From positions 224,001-288,000 of the forward strand of contig CBDAOC010000020.1 of NCBI GenBank assembly GCA_965197925.1: a stretch of 64,000 bases of DNA. The letters run 5' to 3'. Shown piece by piece: positions 41,718 through 52,420 of this stretch (its first letter is position 1; each line of letters starts with the position of its first letter). The DNA comes from Nitrososphaerales archaeon (GTDB taxonomy: Archaea > Thermoproteota > Nitrososphaeria > Nitrososphaerales > UBA213). The notes beneath the pieces are model-generated. The model had not been told where the DNA came from and ran no database searches. It was given only the letters and a program-made list of their open reading frames with translations. The translations under genes and the position numbers were made by a program.

Positions 41718-42743
41718 TCATTCTTGCACGATGAGATCTGTTTGTGGAACTTTACCGGTCAATGGAACTGGGGTAGACACACTCTCCCACAAAAACGCCT
41801 CTACAGAGAATCTTCCAGCCTCATCCGTGACCCATGACTGGGCTGCGCTAAGAAAGTCACTAGCTGGGAGAGTACCGGTTATCCATGATAATGATATAGT
41901 TATTCCATCCCCATCCTTTATCAGTACTATGTAGGCAAATGGTTGTTTTTCATCAAGGTTGTTTCTAACATCGGCCTGTATAATCACCTGCTGCCCAACA
42001 AATATCTCTTCCAAGGGTTCCCCTGACTGATTTACAGGCATAAGATTACCAACAACAGCCTTTCCAGATGAGGAAACATCAAATTCCAATTCTGCTGAAG
42101 CTAAATTATCTGCATATGAGGCTTGTACCCTATACGTTCCTGGCTTTACATTCTTACCCAACAATTCACCAGCCACTATGGAAAATGTGCCATCGCTGGA
42201 AATTCTTTCTGCATTTACTGGTACAAACTTCCAGATTGTATTGTTAAAGCCATAAATCTTGATTTCCACAGGGTCCAGAATGCGTGGTGTTACCTTGCCC
42301 GAAATGGTTACAACGTCACCCAGATCATAAGCTGGTTTATCTGAATTTATTTCTATAACAGGTTTCACCAGTACCTCAAAGCTTGTATTTGAGTTCAAAC
42401 TCTTGTAAGTGGCTTCAACAGTATGAATTCCTAATTCAGATGCATCTGCTCCTTCAAGGGCAAACTGGAATGTGTATGAACCCACTTCATCCAGCTTCAC
42501 CGATACGTCATGGTATGTCTGTCCACTAGGATTTTTTACCATTAATGATACTTCATCATTGACCGTAAAAGAATCAGAAACATCACCAAACAAAGTAACA
42601 GTCATTCCTACACTGTACACTCCCTTGAATGGAAAAACTGTAAATGGATCCTCTTGAGCATAAATATCCATATTCTTCATGTTAACGGATGGCACCAAGA
42701 TTAAAAGTAAAGAAAAAACTAGAAAGCCCCAAATACGATTCAT
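41718..42743 (-). CDS. Secreted protein with Ig-like domains and an S-layer-type C-terminal domain
   Basis: Signal peptide MNRIWGFLVF; C-terminus QPFAYIVLIKDGDGITISLSW...AQSW...FLWES closely matches the S-layer C-terminus. Confidence 0.8.
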   Translation of the reverse strand: MNRIWGFLVFSLLLILVPSVNMKNMDIYAQEDPFTVFPFKGVYSVGMTVTLFGDVSDSFTVNDEVSLMVKNPSGQTYHDVSVKLDEVGSYTFQFALEGADASELGIHTVEATYKSLNSNTSFEVLVKPVIEINSDKPAYDLGDVVTISGKVTPRILDPVEIKIYGFNNTIWKFVPVNAERISSDGTFSIVAGELLGKNVKPGTYRVQASYADNLASAELEFDVSSSGKAVVGNLMPVNQSGEPLEEIFVGQQVIIQADVRNNLDEKQPFAYIVLIKDGDGITISLSWITGTLPASDFLSAAQSWVTDEAGRFSVEAFLWESVSTPVPLTGKVPQTDLIVQE

Positions 42744-42956
42744 ATCAATGGGTAATATACAACTCTTATATAAGCACTCATATTTGTTCAAATTTATCAG
42801 ATGTTTTGATTTTTTTTACAGAATTATCGCAGAATAAACAAATTCTAAAAAAACTTATCCCCCATTATTTTAGGAACTAGATATAACCAAAGGAAATATT
42901 TTGAGCATTTGCACGTACAGAGTTTCTAGCTTTGTAGATCTTGGAACTTGGGTTGC

Positions 42957-43349
42957 TCATTTTATAGTGGGCATTTTTACTCCATGTTCATTAAGTGTTT
43001 CATATACTTCTGGAAGAGAATAAACAAAGCCCACATGAACACAGTCATTCTTCTCGTCAAGCATACAGTATAGTTCCCCGTTCTTGATTTGTACTTCTGC
43101 AATTCTGTTCTTCCTATTATCCATCAGTACTACCCTGTTATCATCTATAGCAATCTTCTCCAAGGTAGGGGCATATTTGGCAAATACTTCGTATTTTTGC
43201 ATGAGCTCCTCCATCATACTTGTCAAGTACCCAGAAAAGCTCGTAATTCCCTTCATCTCCAAATCCTTCCTGCTCTTTTCATATACATCAAAGAACTTTT
43301 TGTACACAAACTCACTCACCGTGATAGATTTAAAACCACTCTTTGGCAT
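42957..43349 (-). CDS. Conserved thaumarchaeal protein with RHH-like N-terminus and a Cys/His motif
   Basis: MPKSGFKSITVSE.VY...SFSGY; C..D...DC.H motif. Confidence 0.7.
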   Translation of the reverse strand: MPKSGFKSITVSEFVYKKFFDVYEKSRKDLEMKGITSFSGYLTSMMEELMQKYEVFAKYAPTLEKIAIDDNRVVLMDNRKNRIAEVQIKNGELYCMLDEKNDCVHVGFVYSLPEVYETLNEHGVKMPTIK

Positions 43350-43504
43350 AGTACGGTCAAAGTTCGGTACACTGGTAGAGTGTAATAAATTTTTCTCAAG
43401 GAACTGCTTTTAACTATACCATATATGATTATTGAACAAATGGTCGTTGGTTTGAAAACAAAATTATAACTCCATGAATCAATACCTCAACAACACCCCG
43501 TAAG

Positions 43505-43618
43505 GGGGTCGTGGGCTAGATTCATCAAAGAGTCAAAGTGTCTTGTTGATGGAGGTTAGCATGGTATGCTTCGAGCCTTGGGCGCTCGAGGTCGCAGGTT
43601 CAAATCCTGCCGACCCCA
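43505..43618 (+). tRNA. tRNA-Pro(TGG) with a 40-nt D-loop intron (15/16); integration target (attL)
   Basis: Acceptor GGGGTCG/CGACCCC, anticodon arm CGAGC-CTTGGGC-GCTCG, T-arm GCAGG-TTCAAAT-CCTGC. Intron 43520-43559 folds as TTCATCAA/TTGATGGA. Confidence 0.92.
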
Positions 43619-44426
43619 CTGACTTACGAACAAAAATACCTGACAAAACGATAACATCGAACCCTGATACATGTATAATACACGTATCCTATGCCCAATA
43701 CCACAATTACCTCGAGAACATTAAAAGATCGTTAAGAGATAACACAATCAAGACAACTGGTACAGAATAGAGCCATCTACGGCATTATCAAGCATTGAAT
43801 GAAGATGCCGTCAAAGCCTACCTAACTCATATTGATAATGACAACACCTACGACAATTCTGCTAAAGCCCTAAAGCATCCATCCAGAATGTATAATACCG
43901 ATATCAGCATATCTTTCCGAAAACCAAATACCGAGAGCTTGATTATTACACCTAAATATGATATGGTGAGAGAACTCATTGAGAGCGTACAAGATCCTCT
44001 GGTTAAAGCATGTCTTGCCTTATGCTCAACTACCGGAATACGTGTAAGAAGATTGCTGTCACTTGATGATATTGATTTCAATAATGGCCCTGTATTGAGA
44101 AAGGTTGAATATGTTACGACCAAATGGTATGACCTAATCCCTTGCATGTAGATGTTGGTTCTTTAGTTAATGAAATATCCAGAATCAAAGAAAGAGCGCT
44201 CCCAATTGATTCTAAGCGTGTTAGGAATAGAATCAAACAAACTGATGTGAAGATAATTCCCACTCAGCAAGGGATTTCTTCTACAGCCAGGCTCTGAACT
44301 GTGGTATGAATCATGCAACAGTAGAATGGCTTATGGGACATGATATAGGCACAGCAAAGCATTATCTAGGTGATAACATAAAGCAGGAATATTGTAAAGT
44401 TTGAGAAAGCTATAAGGTTCTTTTAA
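43577..44426 (+). pseudogene. Tyrosine integrase C-terminal part (IntC), degenerate
   Basis: Frame through the tRNA reads WALEVAGSNPADPT; later LALCSTTGIRV (box I Arg) and RDFFYSQA...EWLMGHDIGTAKHY (His/Tyr box); several stops and frameshifts. Confidence 0.85.
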
Positions 44427-44433
44427 GCAGTGA

Positions 44434-45117
44434 TTATTGTTGCACATATGTTGTAGGTGGGATATGGTTTATTTTTTGTACTTTCGCTGATTTGATGATT
44501 TCAATCAACAATCCCACTAGTTCATCAAATATTATGTACAAGTTATCCCAACCTGTACAATCAACTCGCGCACCCTTAACAAATTTGAATGATTGACCTC
44601 TTATAGTTGCCTTAAAATCATAATTTGAATATCCATTGTTATGAAGTGAATTACGTATTTTTGCAGGGGTATTCAGAACGTTCAATTTTTGCCCATCATT
44701 CATATCTATAGAATTAAGAAGTTGTTCAGCAAGTTTGGAATATTTTTCACCATTCAAATTTTCACCTAGACTAATCAAGATCTCCTTTAAGAAATATTCG
44801 ACTTGAAACATAGTTTTCGTTAAGTAGGCAGTTCTATTGATATTGTCATATTGCTCCAGAAAGACTTCTCTGGCTTTCGGTTCAAGACTAATGTATTGAC
44901 TAATCCCCAAATCATAATCATCGAACATGTGAAAGAATTTCTCCAATTGTATTAATAGCCACAGATTTGAGAATGTATAAACTGAAAAGAAGATATGTCT
45001 AGCATCAGAACCAGGATATTCGGCAGCCTGAGATAAGGTCTTTTTAGATAATTTACCAAAATTAGTTTGTGCATTCTCTATACTCTTCTTGAAAGAATCC
45101 ATTCTCTTACTCGTCAA
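44434..45117 (-). CDS. Hypothetical cargo protein with an R-x3-H (HEPN-like) motif
   Basis: Intact 227-aa ORF, predicted mostly helical, containing KIRNSLHNNG. Confidence 0.55.
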   Translation of the reverse strand: MTSKRMDSFKKSIENAQTNFGKLSKKTLSQAAEYPGSDARHIFFSVYTFSNLWLLIQLEKFFHMFDDYDLGISQYISLEPKAREVFLEQYDNINRTAYLTKTMFQVEYFLKEILISLGENLNGEKYSKLAEQLLNSIDMNDGQKLNVLNTPAKIRNSLHNNGYSNYDFKATIRGQSFKFVKGARVDCTGWDNLYIIFDELVGLLIEIIKSAKVQKINHIPPTTYVQQ

Positions 45118-45205
45118 TAGGTTGCTCTTGTATGTACTAAGAAATAAGCATCACGCTTAGTAATACATGCATGGATATTATTTCATCAAGAATCATGCTA
45201 TATTA

Positions 45206-45433
45206 CTACCCATGTCTAGCGTGTGTTGACGCTTGATGGTATGGATTCTCAATTTTCCCGAATTGCTTGTTACGGCGTGTAGATACTGACCATGACCTCT
45301 CTTTACGTGTAATGAGCCATTCTACACCGCAGTACCCACACCGGAAATGAGAAGGCTTACCTTTCTTAGCTAACTCAGGCATATACTCCAATTTCTTTCT
45401 ACATTTAGGACAGCTAGTCATTAACACTATCAC
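45206..45433 (-). CDS. Small Zn-ribbon protein
   Basis: CPKC...CGYC; overlaps the upstream Hjc-like stop codon. Confidence 0.55.
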   Translation of the reverse strand: MIVLMTSCPKCRKKLEYMPELAKKGKPSHFRCGYCGVEWLITRKERSWSVSTRRNKQFGKIENPYHQASTHARHG

Positions 45434-45710
45434 TTATGAATTTCAATATCCATCTGTTTCCTTCCTTTACTGCTACCATAGGGTATAGCAATGAAAGTTC
45501 TTGCCCATTCAATTAACTCCAATTTTTCTTCTTTTGATATATGCCCTCCTTGCTTTACTTGTACCGCAAATACAACCTTTCCATTACCAGCAATCAAATC
45601 AATTGGTGTATGCGAACCGGCTGACCTAATGATATAATCACAGTTCAACTGTTTCTAGGATATCCATGATGTAATATTCTGTATTTACCTCTAGCGTAGT
45701 TAGTTAGCAT
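45430..45710 (-). pseudogene. Hjc-type Holliday junction resolvase, frameshifted
   Basis: MLTNYARG/EYYIMDILE/DYIIRSAGSHTPIDLIA...AVQVK, a PD-(D/E)xK Hjc signature. Confidence 0.75.
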
Positions 45711-46336
45711 TACGGTGTTTCTCCCTCCGTTCTCTGATAATTCGTAAGTCTCGCTCTGTTGTAGACTGAACCTTCTGATGATTATAATTATTATTAATAC
45801 AATTAATCATATTTTCAGATTTAGGTTCAGTTTGTAGGCGAATTTTTGGTAAACTCTCTTTTAGTGAATAAGCTTGTCTATCCAGTCTTGCAATCTTGAC
45901 TATGTTTAAGAATGTATGCACGATATGATTGTTTATTCTTATCACGGTTTATCTTTACTCCGGTATACTGCATTAGGTCAAACATTGCTTTGACAAGTTC
46001 AAATTCCTGAACCACTCCTAGACTTCACCCGGTTTGGACAGGTTGTTCCATATCCCAACATTCCTGGTATGCCTATTGTATTTGACATCGACCTGATGCA
46101 TCTTGCATACTCTCTGATACTTCTTTTCATTCTCTGGAATGAATCCAGTGAATATGCTTATCCCGTGTTCTTACATTCTTCTTTTTAGTCTTGAATCCAA
46201 TTTCCCTGTCACCGTACCTTACACTAACATTCTTTCCTTCTGCGGCTTTTTTGTGCAACATGCATGGATTGACTGTATTTATGGCATGGTTTCTACAGAG
46301 CCCTAAATACTAGTAGTTCTTTTAATATCCAATAAC

Positions 46337-46657
46337 ATGAACAACAAAATTAATCAAAAATTTTTATTTTTTATCGGTTTTCCACTCTATGGAGTTTTAG
46401 TTAGTTTTATTCCTAAATTCACTAATAATGATTATCCTATTCCAATCGTAGTGTTTTATCTTAATCCCATAGCGACCATGCTTGGTATGTTTATGACTTT
46501 CCCACTTCAAAAAATAGTAAGTAGTTCGGAAAGTATTATTTATCCAATTTTAATTGTAACTGCTAATTTGATATTTTGGATCCCTATTGCACATTTGATT
46601 AATAAATATCTAGAGAAACGCAAAATGAAATCAAGAAACTCAGCAAACCATAAATGA
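46337..46657 (+). CDS. Small membrane protein (about 3 TM helices)
   Basis: Very AT-rich, hydrophobic 106-aa ORF inside the element. Confidence 0.5.
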   Translation: MNNKINQKFLFFIGFPLYGVLVSFIPKFTNNDYPIPIVVFYLNPIATMLGMFMTFPLQKIVSSSESIIYPILIVTANLIFWIPIAHLINKYLEKRKMKSRNSANHK

Positions 46658-48091
46658 GAAAATGAAACTCAGGTATGGTGATAGCAACATGGATAAATTA
46701 TTTTTTCTTTTATTCGTAAAATAATATCTATTTTACATTTTGGCTATTTTATGGGGTTTGGATTTTCCCAATTTACAAGAATAAAATTCGTTATGATGAT
46801 GGATTGATTATGCAGATGCCAAGGAATTATAACGCTACAGGAAATTAGTATCTGAATGTCAATATTTATTCTCGATCTGCTTCATATCTTCGCTCCTCTT
46901 GTTTTTGGTATTCTTGGATTATTGCTAATGTGTATGGCTTTAGAAAAGATGGTAATCTTGCCCATTCTTACCTATATGTCGGAATGAGTATGTTACTGCA
47001 TGCTAACAAATATGTCAAGTCGTTTTTCTTCAAGCCTAGAAAATATATTGGAAATGTCAAGATTCAGGCAAATGATGGTTACAATGTACATCTGTTGGTG
47101 TAGAGTGTTTGAATCAGGTAAATGTCACGCGTTGCAACGGATATCGCGGTATTCCAATGGAGGCTAGTATGACCGAGTTTGATCGTGTGGTTGTAGGGAA
47201 AAAGTTCGAGCATGACAACAACCTGCTAGATATTCTAAAACTTGCAGGGTGAGAAAGGTTCCTGCCAACGGTCAAGGTGAGGGAACATGGCAAGAACTAG
47301 ATTTGCCTAGGACAAACAACGTGTAAAGAAACCACAGGATAAACAGCAACTACTGCAACAAGTCTATGAGCATGCGGCCGGCAATCGATCGAAGGGTATC
47401 ATGCCAAAGAACAGGCAGGAGACATGGTCTATTTGGTGATTTAGGCATGGATAGGCTGGATGGTGGCGATCATGACGTTAGAGGAGACTTTCGTAATGGT
47501 GAAGCGTTGTTCCGCTGTGAAGCCAGTAACCAGTTTTGAAACACAAAACCCGTTTCTTATAAACCATCGCAAGAATATTTTGAGGCGATTCCACACCGAT
47601 CATCTTTACTTCAAGTCAAGATATTTACGATTGTATTATTTTCAAGATTATCCAAGAATTAATCAATACGGAAGTGATTATGATGCATGGGATGGTATGG
47701 GATGGTACAAGCGAGATAGTATGGACGATTTTTTCTAACCGCATTCATATACTTTATCAAGAAGGAAGACTCAAGAAATCCACGGTACGGCTTTTATCAT
47801 CACTGATACCCACGGCCAGTGATCAGGGTTTGCGTGCTCGTGCCACCTAATTAGCCAAGTATTATTTAATTGCCGTAATATTCAGGGTTTGTAAGTCCCG
47901 AAGTCATGATAATGAACCAGCCTTGCCTTTCATGATTCATTGGTTATTTTTACTCCTTATGTAATGGCTGTCGGATTTGTCAAAATTTTAAAATGGCTAG
48001 CTTACGTTTTCGTATATTCTAGATGAATTTAGAGCTAAATATCCTGACATGTCAATCCCATCACTCCTTAGACTGTTATTATCTGAAAAGT

Positions 48092-48131
48092 CTTGGGCGC
48101 TCGAGGTCGCAGGTTCAAATCCTGCCGACCC
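48092..48131 (+). repeat. attR: duplicated 3' half of tRNA-Pro
   Basis: CTTGGGCGCTCGAGGTCGCAGGTTCAAATCCTGCCGACCC, identical to 43577-43616. Confidence 0.93.
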
Positions 48132-48474
48132 GCCATCTGGAAACCATTATCAACCAAGGAAGTACTAAATCAGGTGTTTCACCGGTCTTCTGGCTATTAT
48201 GGTTGATGATTTGAACTTTTGATTTTCCTAGCCAGGTCGTTATTCCAACCATAAACTTTGAAAAAAGTTGAAGTAATTATCTGAACCGGGAGTGGGTTTT
48301 AACTAGAACAGGATTTCATCCAGAATTCTTGTTACATTGGCTCCAGCTGCTCAGAGTCGTTAGGCATCAAGCCGGATAAATAGGCAACTTGATCAATATG
48401 CAATTCCCTTTTTGCTGGGATCCCAACCCATTTTTGGAAATAGAACTCCATCCTTGGTCGAGATGAATACTCCC

Positions 48475-49605
48475 TTAATTCTGGAGGACTTCAATGTTCT
48501 TCATTATTGTAGGTGATATTGCGTTTGGATTGGTCAGGCTCTCCCACAGAAAAATCTCAATGGAATAATTTCCAGCATCTGAGGGAAGCCAAGACTGTGC
48601 AACTTTAAGTGACTCATTGGGGGGTAGTTCTGAGCTAACCCATGACAAAGATACGACTATACCCTCTGAATCTGACACCTGTACTATATACGTAAAGGGC
48701 TGCCTCTTACTTTGCTTGTTTGTCACCTCTGACTGTACTAATAATTGCTCCCCGGTAAATACTTGTGAAACGCTTTCTCCAAACGAATTAAGCAGCGTTG
48801 GTTCTCCAAAGGATGCCCTCTGTGTCGGTGGTATATCCTCTCCTAATGAGGCTGTAGCAACCAAGGTTTTTGTTTCAAGTGTAACTATGCCATTGGAAGA
48901 TAATTTTGCGGGCTCCGGCAAGGTATTATCAACAAAAGACACTGTTATAGAATCGCCATCTGATACTCTGAGTCTATTACCAGAAGTGGTATCGGTTGAG
49001 GTAAAAAACAGACTTTCCTCGAAGATTCCACTATGGGTGCCAAGTTCTCTTAATTCCAATTTCAACCCGTTGGTATCTGTATCGGACCATATCTTTACAA
49101 CCACAATATCCATCACGTCTGGTTTGAAACTTGCATCACGATCGGTAACTCTTACTATACCACTATCCTCAATTTGATATGAAGACCGGTCAAAGGAGAT
49201 TGTAGCCTCATGATACTGAATTAACGCGGTTTTGGTGATCACACTGTCTGCATCTACTCTGTAAGATATAGTAATACCATCATCCCTCCTCGCTTGTATA
49301 TCACCTATATATTTAGAGGGATCAGGCGTAAGCCTGAGCTCCTTCTGAAATACTCCCGTATCTATATCATTTTCATACAGTGTGATTTTTTCGTATCGTG
49401 TTGGTCCAGAAACACTAACTTGAACAACATCTATGGCCTCAGTATCTTTGTTGAGGCTGGAATCGGTTAGCGCTATACCTATCTTGTCAAATGGTGTATA
49501 CGTTGTTCTATCAAGATTCAAAACAGGTAGAGCTGCTGTGGATACTGGTAGATGGAATAAAACAATCAAAACGGAACAAACCACAAGAAAGTGTTTGAGT
49601 TGCAT
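48475..49605 (-). CDS. Secreted mini-S-layer paralog (last ~3 domains of the main S-layer protein)
   Basis: Signal peptide then YTPFD...RDDGIT...RLRVSDGD.ITV...DNTLP.PA...QPFTYIVQ...SLSW...AQSW...FLWES, collinear with the C-terminal ~350 aa of 16741-19911. Confidence 0.85.
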   Translation of the reverse strand: MQLKHFLVVCSVLIVLFHLPVSTAALPVLNLDRTTYTPFDKIGIALTDSSLNKDTEAIDVVQVSVSGPTRYEKITLYENDIDTGVFQKELRLTPDPSKYIGDIQARRDDGITISYRVDADSVITKTALIQYHEATISFDRSSYQIEDSGIVRVTDRDASFKPDVMDIVVVKIWSDTDTNGLKLELRELGTHSGIFEESLFFTSTDTTSGNRLRVSDGDSITVSFVDNTLPEPAKLSSNGIVTLETKTLVATASLGEDIPPTQRASFGEPTLLNSFGESVSQVFTGEQLLVQSEVTNKQSKRQPFTYIVQVSDSEGIVVSLSWVSSELPPNESLKVAQSWLPSDAGNYSIEIFLWESLTNPNAISPTIMKNIEVLQN

Positions 49606-49848
49606 AGGTCATACCCAGAACACTATTATAAATAGCTAAGAAGAGCAGATCAAGCCGTCTAACTGATACTATTAAAACATATGATTCTATATGATCAAGC
49701 AACACAAGTGTTTCAGCAGAGTGCTATGACCGTTGATGGAGGAATATTGAGACTATTTTGCTAATGGTTTTAGTCAGGGACGGGAATGAGGAATATGTAT
49801 GGTCTACATTTTTTGATTAAATATTATGGAAAATATAGGCGTAATAAA

Positions 49849-50832
49849 TTAGGAGGAGTTTGGTATTCGTAGGCCATTGACAGTATGTAACCCAGGTTCT
49901 TCTTCTAGTATTATTGGAATATAATTAAACAGCAACGCAACCGTTGCCTGGTCCCCATTTATTCCATTTGTCCTCACAGATATTGGGGGTGTTCCCTCGA
50001 TCTCCACAGAGTCAAATTCACCCGCCCCAGCAAACATGCTGAGCGTCATCTCGAGGAAATATGAATTGCGTTTTTTCGCAACTAACTTGTGTTCTAGACC
50101 AGTAATTTGTCCCATTTCTACAGTAACATCACTAACTCGAAGCTTGTGGGTTGCGATGATGGGTCTTACAGTGGTGGAAATTGTTGTGGCTTTATGTTTT
50201 AGAGCATCACAGATCATTCTGGCCGACTCGTGTAACCCTACATGACCAACAATTTTTTTACATTTTTTATACTGATCCAAGCCAAGTCCTAGACACATCT
50301 TTTCTTGCAACGCCTTCCTTCTATTCGCAATGTTAACTACCCGTTCTATCCTTAACCGATGTATATTGCTACAGAGGCTGGTGAGCTTAAGAACCAGCGA
50401 ATCCATCACGAATCCTGGATTTACACCAACGCCAAGAACACTGACTTTGTTTTTCTTCGCGATCATGTGAAGTTTCTTTGCTATTTTTTTATTGTTTCCA
50501 TATGGATATACAAGTTGTTCACATGTGGATAAAACATTGATGCGCTGATTAAGCAACTCTGATATCTGGTAGTAAGCTTCTCCTAGCGAAGAAGTTGTTG
50601 CGTGTAGAGCAACATCTGGCTTTGATTTTACATCTTCTATATTACCCACGATCTTTATACCAACTTGCCTGTTTAGAGTCAAGATACCTGGATCATTACC
50701 TAGATTGCTTTTGGCAATATCAATTACACCGACAGCTTTGAGATTTTTTCTTTTCAGTAACTCTATGAAGATCTCTTTTCCCAAACTGCCAAAACCTACC
50801 TGAAGTACTTTGCAAGCCAACACTGATTTCAA
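49849..50832 (-). CDS. NAD(P)-dependent amine dehydrogenase, 2,4-diaminopentanoate dehydrogenase (Ord)/DapB-N-like
   Basis: GFGSLG, HATTSS, NVLSTCEQL.YP, GVGVNPGFVMD, GHVGL.ES and GDQATVA motifs. Confidence 0.75.
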   Translation of the reverse strand: MKSVLACKVLQVGFGSLGKEIFIELLKRKNLKAVGVIDIAKSNLGNDPGILTLNRQVGIKIVGNIEDVKSKPDVALHATTSSLGEAYYQISELLNQRINVLSTCEQLVYPYGNNKKIAKKLHMIAKKNKVSVLGVGVNPGFVMDSLVLKLTSLCSNIHRLRIERVVNIANRRKALQEKMCLGLGLDQYKKCKKIVGHVGLHESARMICDALKHKATTISTTVRPIIATHKLRVSDVTVEMGQITGLEHKLVAKKRNSYFLEMTLSMFAGAGEFDSVEIEGTPPISVRTNGINGDQATVALLFNYIPIILEEEPGLHTVNGLRIPNSS

Positions 50833-51094
50833 TCAAGAAGATCACTTTGACGAATTTAAGTAATTTTGACGAATATGCCATCGATGATCTCTAGTGACTT
50901 TATTTTCCCCATTTTCATGAGTTCTATAGATTCAGGACAAGAGGCAAAACCTACCTCTTAACTTGTAGATTTGTATGTTGTTAATGATAACAATATGAGG
51001 TCTAAAAAGAAAATATAAGCCCATTACTAAAAGAATTTGACCGTTATTTTAAAGCACCAAACACCGGCAAGAATAAATTCGGGAGTGGAATAGA

Positions 51095-52411
51095 TTATTT
51101 TTCCTGTTGATGGTTCTTATTTTCCTCCGCAGGTTCAACCACCAAACAGTTTCCCTCCTTCTTTATCACCTTCACCCTTTCTCCTTGCATAATGTTCCAA
51201 TTACTTCTAGCCTTCCAGTATTCACCTCCAACAAGCACAAATCCGTCCTTGTCGCTAGAAATTGGGTCCAATGTCTTTCCTTCCTTGTTTAGATAAACAA
51301 ACTCAACCCTCTTCATCGTTTTACTCTGCCATACCTTGTAGGTGATAAATCCAATGAAAGCTGCCAATGGGGCTATCGTTACTGTAGACAATGTCGCCAT
51401 ATTTCCAAGCTCTTCTTCAGGAATTAATAGTGGTTTTACCGGTTGTGTAATCATCAGACCCGTTCCCACTAAAAGTATTATTATCCCTCCTATACCCATT
51501 GCGCTGAAACCTGGGCTATAGAGCTCATACGCAATAAGACCGACCCCTATAGCGAGTAGACCAAATGCCACCCAGTTTACATCAAATCCTTGTCCTATTA
51601 GGCCAAGGATTATCAAGACAGCCCCAGCTATCTCGCCGCCAAAGCCAGGTGAAGTAAGCCCATAAATTAAGGAGAAAAATCCAATCGTCATCATTATAGT
51701 TGAAAGTAGTGGATCAGCCAAAATACCCATCAACATTACCCTAATGCTCTTCTGATGCATTATCACCTCCCCATCCTTTGTATCCAAAACCTTTTGTCCC
51801 TTCAAGGTTGTGACCGTTGCATTATGCGCTTTCTCCAACAAATCTTGAGGGTTTTCAGCTATTGTTTCGATTATATTTCGGTCAAATGCCTTCTCTGGCG
51901 TTAGGTTGTCATTATGTGTTATGAATCTGGCAACCTGTGTAGAATTCCTCCCATGCAATTCTGCCAATGAAACTACCTTTTCTACCAGTGCATTGATAGT
52001 CTTTGTATCTTCAACTGGTTCAGTCCCGAGAACCGGTTGAGCAGAACCTATTGTTGTAACAGGTGCCATTGCAGCATAATCAGTTGCTATTAAGATGATG
52101 GTTCCCGCAGACCAAGCACTCCTCCCTTGCGGATATACATAACCTATCACAGGAACATCAGACTGTTGAATACTTTCTATTATGTCCAAAGTGGCAGCGA
52201 GCGAACCGCCAGGAGTATCCAGTGTCAATATAATGGCGGAGTAACCATGTGTAGTAGCTTCTTCTATCCCCCCAGCAATATCGTCCGATGTTGCTGATGA
52301 TATGAAATCCTTAACCTCTAGCAAAAGAACCTTCTTGCCGTCCTGCTCAGATTCAGGAATGAAAGTTGGCAACAAAAGTGCAACGGCTATCAAGATCGGT
52401 ATGAATTTCAT
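51095..52411 (-). CDS. nfeD: NfeD-family membrane-bound ClpP-like serine protease
   Basis: LDTPGG, AWSAG, IGSAQPV; TM domain; C-terminal OB-fold GEYWKA. Confidence 0.92.
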   Translation of the reverse strand: MKFIPILIAVALLLPTFIPESEQDGKKVLLLEVKDFISSATSDDIAGGIEEATTHGYSAIILTLDTPGGSLAATLDIIESIQQSDVPVIGYVYPQGRSAWSAGTIILIATDYAAMAPVTTIGSAQPVLGTEPVEDTKTINALVEKVVSLAELHGRNSTQVARFITHNDNLTPEKAFDRNIIETIAENPQDLLEKAHNATVTTLKGQKVLDTKDGEVIMHQKSIRVMLMGILADPLLSTIMMTIGFFSLIYGLTSPGFGGEIAGAVLIILGLIGQGFDVNWVAFGLLAIGVGLIAYELYSPGFSAMGIGGIIILLVGTGLMITQPVKPLLIPEEELGNMATLSTVTIAPLAAFIGFITYKVWQSKTMKRVEFVYLNKEGKTLDPISSDKDGFVLVGGEYWKARSNWNIMQGERVKVIKKEGNCLVVEPAEENKNHQQEK

Positions 52412-52420
52412 TTGTTTACA

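Larger units (their letters stand above)
43577..48131. mobile_element. Decayed integrative element or provirus remnant in tRNA-Pro
   Basis: 40-bp direct repeat at 43577-43616 and 48092-48131; integrase and Hjc relics lie inside. Confidence 0.88.

Noticed and set aside
45700..47800. Additional ORFs within the tRNA-Pro element (45700-45945, ~45950-46290, ~47160-47738)
   Set aside because: Probably decayed element genes, but fragmented and not assignable; no capsid, terminase or replication motif was recognised.
48092..48135. Second tRNA-Pro or a split tRNA half
   Set aside because: Only the 3' 40 nt are present, the acceptor end is altered (CCCGCCA), and I saw no leader complementary to a 5' half. 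It is explained as attR.
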